DNA of 64,000 nucleotides from Candidatus Colwellbacteria bacterium (GTDB lineage Bacteria; Patescibacteriota; Minisyncoccia; UBA6257; Colwellbacteraceae): NCBI GenBank assembly GCA_028710275.1, contig JAQTUL010000001.1, positions 921 to 64,920 of the forward strand, read 5' to 3'. Shown piece by piece: positions 57,537 to 64,000 of this stretch (position 1 is its first letter; each line of letters starts with the position of its first letter). The notes under the pieces were generated by a model. It saw only the letters and a program-made list of their open reading frames with translations, ran no database searches and was not told where the DNA came from. The position numbers and the translations under genes were made by a program.

Positions 57537-58418
57537 CTAATTTCTCTCGTATGTCTTTTCAACCAGTCGTTTATCAAACTCATTTCCCATCTCTTTGTTC
57601 TCTTTGTATAGATTACTATACTGTTCCAATAATTCACTCTCATCATCACTTTGTTCAGCGAGTTCCGAACACTTGATCTTCTTGAACTCCTTCAATTTAG
57701 TATTCATAATAGGAAGTATAGCCTCCTTTAGTTTCTTAGCCTGTATGTCTGTCACAACATTTCCTTTATCGTCGTGGTAAATGAAATTCTTCCGGTTTTT
57801 GTCAGTACATTTGTAGATAAGAGTTCCCGATTCATCTCTGATTACATTATCTACTACCCAATCGGCCTGACCAATTCCTCCTCGTTCATAGTGTTTAAGA
57901 GTATATGTATCCTTTATAGACTCTAGTCGTTCTTGGGAGAGATTAAGAGCGTTCATAGTTATATTCTTCGCTTTGATGTTAGTTGTTGTGGTAACACCTG
58001 ACTTCTCTACCAATCTCTTACTCTGCTCGTGAGCAAATATATGTTCTTTGTTGTATAACTCAGAGTAGATTTCGGCTCTCTGTTTTTCCATCTCTATTTT
58101 GAGAGATTGAATATCTTCCAGAAGAGATGTATTTTTTGTTTCAAGAGTTTTATAGTCTTCAGAGAGAGAATTATATTTCGGTTCAAGTACTTTTAACATG
58201 AGTAATTCAGACCTTTCATTCTCAATTCTCACCGAGCATTTATTCTCATGAGTTTCTTTTCTCGCTTTTGTACTACAACCTTTATTACAGAAACTACATA
58301 CGATTTCGTCATAGGAAATTTTGTTCTGTTTTTCCAAACAATATTTTGCGCGTTCTTGGTGAGTTCGGAGAACAGTTTTTGTCGATAATTCTTTACCGCA
58401 ATATTCACAAGTAAACAT
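57537..58418 (-). CDS. Paralog B of 15906..16883 (C2H2-like zinc-finger plus coiled-coil protein), inverted orientation
   Basis: MFTCEYCGKELSTKTVLRTHQERAKYC. The C-terminal 200 aa are nearly identical to paralog A. Confidence 0.55.
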   Translation of the reverse strand: MFTCEYCGKELSTKTVLRTHQERAKYCLEKQNKISYDEIVCSFCNKGCSTKARKETHENKCSVRIENERSELLMLKVLEPKYNSLSEDYKTLETKNTSLLEDIQSLKIEMEKQRAEIYSELYNKEHIFAHEQSKRLVEKSGVTTTTNIKAKNITMNALNLSQERLESIKDTYTLKHYERGGIGQADWVVDNVIRDESGTLIYKCTDKNRKNFIYHDDKGNVVTDIQAKKLKEAILPIMNTKLKEFKKIKCSELAEQSDDESELLEQYSNLYKENKEMGNEFDKRLVEKTYERN

Positions 58419-58740
58419 GGTTTTACACTATATAACATTATATGTGATTGTTTAACATATTATTACATCGTATGTAATTTATTGTAATATTATTACGTGC
58501 AATGTTATATGATTTTCGGAAAATTTGACTTTCGGAGATCCAAAAACACTCCGAAAGTCATAAGTTAAAAATAATCTCTGTTACTGTATAAATTTGAGTT
58601 ATGACTTTCGGAGTTCAGAGAGAAATCCCGTTTCTAAAACTAATTGGATTAGAAAAAAGTATATCAAACTCTCTCAATATTTGTGAGAGAGGCGACCTCT
58701 CCACCGAAAAACTATTAGAACTGATTTTTGATTCGTCCGA
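58419..58740. repeat. Inverted copy of the palindrome-rich upstream module (homolog of ~15572-15905)
   Basis: Contains ttatgactttcggag...ctccgaaagtcataa, ctctctcaatatttgtgagag, and gagaggcgacctctcc in reverse orientation. Confidence 0.65.
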
Positions 58741-58999
58741 ACTCTAGATTCTCTCCAACTATCGATCGCCAGTAAACCTCAACACAAGCTCTGATTCTGG
58801 ATTGAAGAATCAGATATTCTTTATCGATTTTTGCTCTCGGTAAGAGATATTTCATAATAGTTGATGTGAACTCGATCTTAGCTGAAGGAGTGATTTGTGT
58901 CCATTTGAGAGAACATGTAATAGGAACGAGATCTTCGTATACGACACCGAAATTCTGAAGATCCAATTCATCGATCAAGTGAGATAAAAATCGATCCAT
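58715..58999 (-). CDS. Small hypothetical protein (94 aa)
   Basis: ORF only. Confidence 0.3.
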   Translation of the reverse strand: MDRFLSHLIDELDLQNFGVVYEDLVPITCSLKWTQITPSAKIEFTSTIMKYLLPRAKIDKEYLILQSRIRACVEVYWRSIVGENLEFGRIKNQF

Positions 59000-59028
59000 T
59001 CTGTTGTTATCTTGTTATAATAAACAAG

Positions 59029-59640
59029 ATGAATTCATATTTTATTGTTCATAAAAATAATTATCATTTTAATACATATCTTCACCCTGTATTATATTTA
59101 TACTTAACAAATGATGGAGAAAAGGCTGTTATTCTTAGGGTCTACAAATTTCTAAACAGACTGTACACATGGAATATTAAAACCGGAGAAATTATAAGAG
59201 GACAATTTGTGTTTGGCAAGATAAAAATAACACAAACATTTATAGACGACACAGGTGAGTTCTTCTTTTTCAAGATGAAAAAGAATACTGAACTATATGA
59301 CGTAATTTCTAGAGTTCCTTTCTTCACAGCCGAATACGGAGAATCATGTACGTACGGAAAATCATTTAATACAAAAGGTAAACGACCGATAACAAAAGGT
59401 AGAATTCCAGTTACAGCACATGAAGGTGATAAAATAATCTTCAACGATTTTGTGTTATATATTGACAAGGCTAATCTTATGATAAAAAATAATCTTATAG
59501 GAGATCATGAAAAAATATTACACGATGAAACTATATTCCCTGATATCTGTAGATCAATAATTTGTGAATACATAAATGACAAGATTATGATTCTGTCGAC
59601 TGAAAATGATGAATTCGAAGAGATCATCTCATCAAACTAA
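59029..59640 (+). CDS. Hypothetical protein (203 aa)
   Basis: ORF only. Confidence 0.4.
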   Translation: MNSYFIVHKNNYHFNTYLHPVLYLYLTNDGEKAVILRVYKFLNRLYTWNIKTGEIIRGQFVFGKIKITQTFIDDTGEFFFFKMKKNTELYDVISRVPFFTAEYGESCTYGKSFNTKGKRPITKGRIPVTAHEGDKIIFNDFVLYIDKANLMIKNNLIGDHEKILHDETIFPDICRSIICEYINDKIMILSTENDEFEEIISSN

Positions 59641-59683
59641 AATCGATCCATTCTGTTTATAAATTTATTGATATCAATAAGCC

Positions 59684-59941
59684 ATGGATCCATTATCAAC
59701 TTTAATGAGCTTGTATGCATCGTTGCAATATGATCAACATTTGATCCGTGTTCATAAACGAATCAAAGGAGATTATCATTATAGACGATCAATAGCTGCA
59801 AATTTCGCTCGTACAGAAGGGGATGGATTTTTGGAGGTAAAACGTACAATTCAACAAGTACCGTTCATTTCTGACACTCACAAGATTATTTACTCTCGGG
59901 AGATAAGATCATTGGGGTATCACAATGATCTCTCTTCTTAA
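59684..59941 (+). CDS. Small hypothetical protein (85 aa)
   Basis: ORF only. Confidence 0.3.
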   Translation: MDPLSTLMSLYASLQYDQHLIRVHKRIKGDYHYRRSIAANFARTEGDGFLEVKRTIQQVPFISDTHKIIYSREIRSLGYHNDLSS

Positions 59942-59972
59942 TTTTATAACGGTGTTATAAAATTATTTATCT

Positions 59973-62900
59973 TTACGACTCGATAATGCCTTCATTGTAC
60001 TTGGAATGTAGATTTAGAATAAAAGATTTATATTCCGCAACACTCACTTTAAATTCCTCAAGATCCTTACCTTTCAGTTTCGGAAGAGCAACAATCTCCT
60101 GATACTTATAATTACACGTAGTTCTATTCAAACCGAATTTAGAGATCATATCGGTAAACTCCAGCGTACCAATAAGAGATAGGGAATTAGTCATATTTAT
60201 AGTATTGATAAGAAGTTTCAATGCGTTGATAGTAGTATTAACATCAGGAGGGTTGTCATGATATCCTTCTAAAATAGTAATAATATCGAGTATAAGTTTT
60301 TTATCATCTCCTTTTAAGCTTCCAGGCATCTTATCCGATAAGAGATTACTAGTCTTTATCTCATCAAGATATACAGGATGAACATATGAAGATGTCATAT
60401 CATCGTTTATCTTGTATTCATCCATAACTAACATTGTCTTAAGGCTTTCAAGACGACTAAGCTCCATCATTAGATTTGAGAGATCAATGTGCGGGATTGG
60501 TGGAGGATTATTGGTCTTTTTCGTGAGATTGATAACATTAAAAATACAGAATGTGACCTCTTTGAAATCTTCACATGTTACCATTGGTTTACATCCAATT
60601 TTCACCTTGTTATCTTTATCGACGCAGCATAACCGTTTGCGTATCTCATTAGCGATAACACTTGACTCGTTTATATTTTTCTCAAGAACAGTGGTATTTC
60701 CAAAACAATCCTCGTAATTCGGATTACATTGAATTGGAGCACATTCATCGACAAATTTCGGATTCACGATTTTTCCATTATTATTTTGAATTCCCGTGAC
60801 AAAATGGGAGATAAAATTTCTAAGATATCTTAAAGAATCATTAATAAATAGTCCTTCTTTGACTCGCGAATTACATATCTGAGATAACAGTTGGACACGA
60901 GTAGTATTTGATGACTCTAGTATATTTTCGCGCTTAGATATCTTATCTTTAATAGTTTTATTTTTCTGAGTCGCAAGATCAAACTCTTTGAATACTATCT
61001 TTATGTATTGGTCAATACAGTTTAATACGGGAGAGTATAAAGTTGGGGCTGTCATCTCATCAACTTTCTTTAAAAATTCACTCGTCATCGCTCTTCCTGC
61101 AGGTTTATTTTTAAATACAGTTACATAGTTCTCATCATATTTATCTGCTCTCAAATCTTTTAGATATAGTTCATTAATAAATTGGGATCTCTCTATCGTA
61201 AATGAAATACCTCCCACCTTCCTTTTTACTGTTATATTTTTGGATTTCGATAGATCTATACCGAATATACTCCACAATTCTTTCAACCACTCGTCTATTT
61301 CTAAATTATTACTTGATATATATTTTGTTATTTCCGATGGTGAGGCCTGATTGGATAATATAAATCGTTTCAACTGTTTCAAACTATAGATAAATTCATT
61401 TCTGTAAGAGGACTTGAGCACCTTGATAAGAATCGGATCTACATCTTCAAGAATTTTAATCAGATTCTCTCTCTCCTGATCACTATTTGTTATGGTAAAC
61501 ACTATAGCCTTTTTATATCCATCCGGTATATTTACCTCTGTTATAGGTTCGGGTGAATATCTCGCATCTTCTGAATCTCTTATTTCCTGTATTTTAGAAT
61601 GAACATCATAAAAGTTTTCGAACTCTTTACATTGTCTTTTAGAAGAGTTTTTATCTTTACACTTTGTTTGACTCTTAATATTCTCAAACATCGATAAAAC
61701 CTCCTCGTTGTTACATTGAAATTTATTTTCAACGCCTGCAAAATCACAAATAATAAGATAAGGTTCTTTTTCTTGAGCAACATCAGACTTCTTATTCTTA
61801 AATTTTACAAATATGATCATATGACTTCTACTACTGACTGGATTATTTGTAGTTGCTTGAATAGATCTTTTTCCCTCCATAATGGTAACAATGTATTTTC
61901 CAATACCAACACCCTTTGTAAGAGACACACCATCAATCTCATCTAACCCTGAATCTTGAGAGAGAATCCATTCTCCAGATTCAGGGTCAATAGAGAAAAT
62001 TCTTTCGGAATAATATGATTGACGTTGTTTATCATCATCGGTATATTTGAATGATTTATCCTCATTCAACTGTTTTTCATCTCCTAAGGGAATAGGAAGA
62101 ATTTTGAAATTCGATATCGCATCTTTTCCATCCTCTCTGATATTTCCTTCAAGCTCAAGAAAAGAGACTTCTATCTCCCCGTACGTATCACGAAGCATAT
62201 TACAGAAATGTATTAGAATACCATTTCGTTTTTCCTGTGTCTGTTCAAAATCTGCATAGACAAGAGATGTAGTCTTACCTGATCCGCTGGCACCATACCC
62301 AATAACACATACAGATTTTCCATTCTTAATATTATCAAGAAGAGGGGTCATACTTTTATGATTTGATATAACACTGTTATCGTCAGAAGGTTTAAATATA
62401 TAAGTGAACGGTCCGAAAAGATAATTATTGGGGAGAAGATTCTCATTCGATGCTAGATATTTATATTTATTTTCAAGGGTCATAGTCTGATCGTAAATAG
62501 ATTCTGGGGTCGGTTCGTATCCCATATACATAATCTGACGTTCCTGATCCAAACCTATTCTGTATCGTTGATTAGTTTCAACAAGAGAACCCACCTTATC
62601 AGCGCGAATTTTTACGAAGGTAAACACATTATTTAGTCTATTATGTCTTGTTGAAAGATCAGAACGATTAAATTCTTTATCAGACAGTTCAACAATCGAA
62701 GAGAGATCTGCAATATTCGCATTAGCTTCAAGAACTTTTTCAACGAAAGAGACTATTGTATCAAAGAATTTAGTATGTTGATCCACATTACTGTACGTGA
62801 CCTTTTGAATTGCGATTAAAATATATTTGATGAGAGTTTCCGTTTTTGTTGTCTTTGTAGGATTTCCCTCTTTATCAAGAAAAGATCGTCCATCATTTAC

Positions 62901-63749
62901 AATACGATAAATAAGTTTCTTATAGGTATCTCCTCCTAGAAGTCGAGATAAACTGTTTGTATGTGATGTGTATGTTCCCATTAGGGAACTGTAATCTCCC
63001 GGTACAAATTCGTTATCGACTAATGTAAACAGAAGATTTTCAAGAATTCTCTTGTATTTTATAAATTGAGATGATCCATCGTTGAGATCCGAGAGACGAA
63101 TCATACTTATATTACGAACGTTTGTTTTCGTCATATAGTAGACCTGTTTTATCATGATCAAGAAGTTGTGAACATACTTCTTCTTAATCTCGTCGGGTTT
63201 ATTTTCATTGTTATTGATGTAGACATCGAGTAATCTATCCTTGAGATCAGTGATAGTAGGTACATAATAAGTCCATGGATACTTATTCGATCTATTCTGG
63301 GAACTTAGAATAGAGATAAGATATCTATCGAGCGCATGATTCTGTGTGCTATTTATTTTAGAAAGTAATTCTGAATTTATCTCTCCGGTTGTTCTAAGTT
63401 GTGTAGTCATCACATCAAGAAACTTTCTCTCTTCATCGACATCGTCGTATTTTTTCAATTGGGATTTCTCCACGATTTTGTCTATCTTTTTAATAAGTTT
63501 ATTGACTGTTTGTTTGAGTGATGTGATCACAGAATCAATGACTGGAGTAAATTTTTCTCTCTTCTTAGGTTTAGCCGTTTTCATATCTCTTTGTATCTCA
63601 GTTATAGTTTTCGCTATACTTTTTACTACCTGAAGAAATTCGCTATACATGGTAAATACGTTAGCATCTATTTTAGGTTTGTTAAGTCTTCCGACCTCTG
63701 ATATAAGAACAGATATATATGAATCAAGAACACCGAACGGAGTTGCCAT
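59973..63749 (-). CDS. Large (1258 aa) protein with central kinesin-like P-loop motor core
   Basis: N1 VCVIGYGASGSGKTTSL (cf. IFAYGQTGSGKTYTM). IEVSFLELEGNIRED (cf. VSYLEIYNEKIRDLL). N2 switch I NPVSSRSHMIIFV (cf. NxxSSRSHxIF). N3 switch II LIICDFAGVE (cf. LVDLAGSE). No clear HxPYR neck motif. Confidence 0.5.
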   Translation of the reverse strand: MATPFGVLDSYISVLISEVGRLNKPKIDANVFTMYSEFLQVVKSIAKTITEIQRDMKTAKPKKREKFTPVIDSVITSLKQTVNKLIKKIDKIVEKSQLKKYDDVDEERKFLDVMTTQLRTTGEINSELLSKINSTQNHALDRYLISILSSQNRSNKYPWTYYVPTITDLKDRLLDVYINNNENKPDEIKKKYVHNFLIMIKQVYYMTKTNVRNISMIRLSDLNDGSSQFIKYKRILENLLFTLVDNEFVPGDYSSLMGTYTSHTNSLSRLLGGDTYKKLIYRIVNDGRSFLDKEGNPTKTTKTETLIKYILIAIQKVTYSNVDQHTKFFDTIVSFVEKVLEANANIADLSSIVELSDKEFNRSDLSTRHNRLNNVFTFVKIRADKVGSLVETNQRYRIGLDQERQIMYMGYEPTPESIYDQTMTLENKYKYLASNENLLPNNYLFGPFTYIFKPSDDNSVISNHKSMTPLLDNIKNGKSVCVIGYGASGSGKTTSLVYADFEQTQEKRNGILIHFCNMLRDTYGEIEVSFLELEGNIREDGKDAISNFKILPIPLGDEKQLNEDKSFKYTDDDKQRQSYYSERIFSIDPESGEWILSQDSGLDEIDGVSLTKGVGIGKYIVTIMEGKRSIQATTNNPVSSRSHMIIFVKFKNKKSDVAQEKEPYLIICDFAGVENKFQCNNEEVLSMFENIKSQTKCKDKNSSKRQCKEFENFYDVHSKIQEIRDSEDARYSPEPITEVNIPDGYKKAIVFTITNSDQERENLIKILEDVDPILIKVLKSSYRNEFIYSLKQLKRFILSNQASPSEITKYISSNNLEIDEWLKELWSIFGIDLSKSKNITVKRKVGGISFTIERSQFINELYLKDLRADKYDENYVTVFKNKPAGRAMTSEFLKKVDEMTAPTLYSPVLNCIDQYIKIVFKEFDLATQKNKTIKDKISKRENILESSNTTRVQLLSQICNSRVKEGLFINDSLRYLRNFISHFVTGIQNNNGKIVNPKFVDECAPIQCNPNYEDCFGNTTVLEKNINESSVIANEIRKRLCCVDKDNKVKIGCKPMVTCEDFKEVTFCIFNVINLTKKTNNPPPIPHIDLSNLMMELSRLESLKTMLVMDEYKINDDMTSSYVHPVYLDEIKTSNLLSDKMPGSLKGDDKKLILDIITILEGYHDNPPDVNTTINALKLLINTINMTNSLSLIGTLEFTDMISKFGLNRTTCNYKYQEIVALPKLKGKDLEEFKVSVAEYKSFILNLHSKYNEGIIES

Positions 63750-63808
63750 TGGGTCTGTTTGTTACAGTTAATCAATAAAATTTATTGTTTTACTATGTTT
63801 TCAAGAAC

Positions 63809-63838
63809 AATATTTTGTAACTCAGGTTACAAAATATT
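63809..63838. terminator. Hairpin aatattttgtaac-tcag-gttacaaaatatt (13-bp arms) downstream of the stop of the partial gene 63854..64000
   Basis: Verified inverted repeat. Confidence 0.5.
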
Positions 63839-63853
63839 TAACAGATAAAGTGT

Positions 63854-64000
63854 CTACTTGCTTTTACCAGCCAGTCCCTCAACCTGTTTTTTCATTTCTA
63901 ATAACTTTTGCATCAACTCTTCATCATCGTCATCATCTGATTCGTCCTCTTTATCACGTCGCTGTTCGTCCTCTTTAGCACGTCGCTGTTCGTCCTCTTT
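63854..64000 (-). CDS. Partial CDS (C-terminal 48 aa of a gene starting beyond the window), acidic KEDEQRR repeats
   Basis: Hand translation ...KEDEQRRAKEDEQRRDKEDESDDDDDEELMQKLLEMKKQVEGLAGKSK*. Stop = revcomp of 63854-63856. Confidence 0.35.
   Translation of the reverse strand, partial: KEDEQRRAKEDEQRRDKEDESDDDDDEELMQKLLEMKKQVEGLAGKSK

Noticed and set aside
1-64000. Search for rRNA, tRNA and CRISPR-cas
   Set aside because: No cloverleaf-compatible tRNA candidates, rRNA-like conserved blocks or spacer-containing repeat arrays were recognised by eye.

Overview
This ~40% GC window is densely packed with protein-coding genes, most of them on the minus strand, and reads as a segment of a nucleocytoplasmic large DNA virus (giant virus) genome. 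I cannot assign the virus family from sequence alone.

Protein motifs I recognise directly in the supplied translations:
- D6/D11-type DExH helicase of the poxvirus early-transcription-factor class (54076-57414).
- XRN-type 5'-3' exoribonuclease (13233-14960).
- NIF/FCP1-type CTD phosphatase (7383-8024).
- TFIIB-like and Rpb7-like transcription proteins.
- Nudix hydrolase, PTH2 peptidyl-tRNA hydrolase and asparagine synthetase.
- Chitin synthase with the QRRRW and SWGT signatures, followed by a truncated MIP/aquaporin-like ORF.
- Rad5-like SNF2+RING helicase whose P-loop codon is interrupted by a 381-aa LAGLIDADG intein (50218-51360).
- 610-aa TnpB/Fanzor-like RuvC nuclease (22062-23894).
- 1258-aa protein with a central kinesin-like motor core (59973-63749).
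- Several HNH endonucleases, RING/RING-CH/IBR and multi-zinc-ribbon proteins, a DGQHR (DndB/ParB-like) protein, and large tandem-repeat surface-type proteins.

Non-coding structure:
- A near-palindromic upstream element, 5'-AAAAAGTGATTTTT-3' on the sense strand, recurs 20-110 nt before at least 11 minus-strand start codons and is followed by a G-poor leader.
- Perfect palindromes sit within ~150 nt after many stop codons, the hairpin-type 3' ends described for giant viruses.
- Two inverted copies of a palindrome-rich upstream region plus a C2H2-like gene (15.1-16.9 kb and 57.5-58.7 kb) bracket ~41 kb.
- A ~1.4 kb tandem segmental duplication (37.7-40.3 kb) carries a 23-aa-repeat gene family, one copy broken by a 1-nt deletion.

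No rRNA, tRNA or CRISPR array was found.
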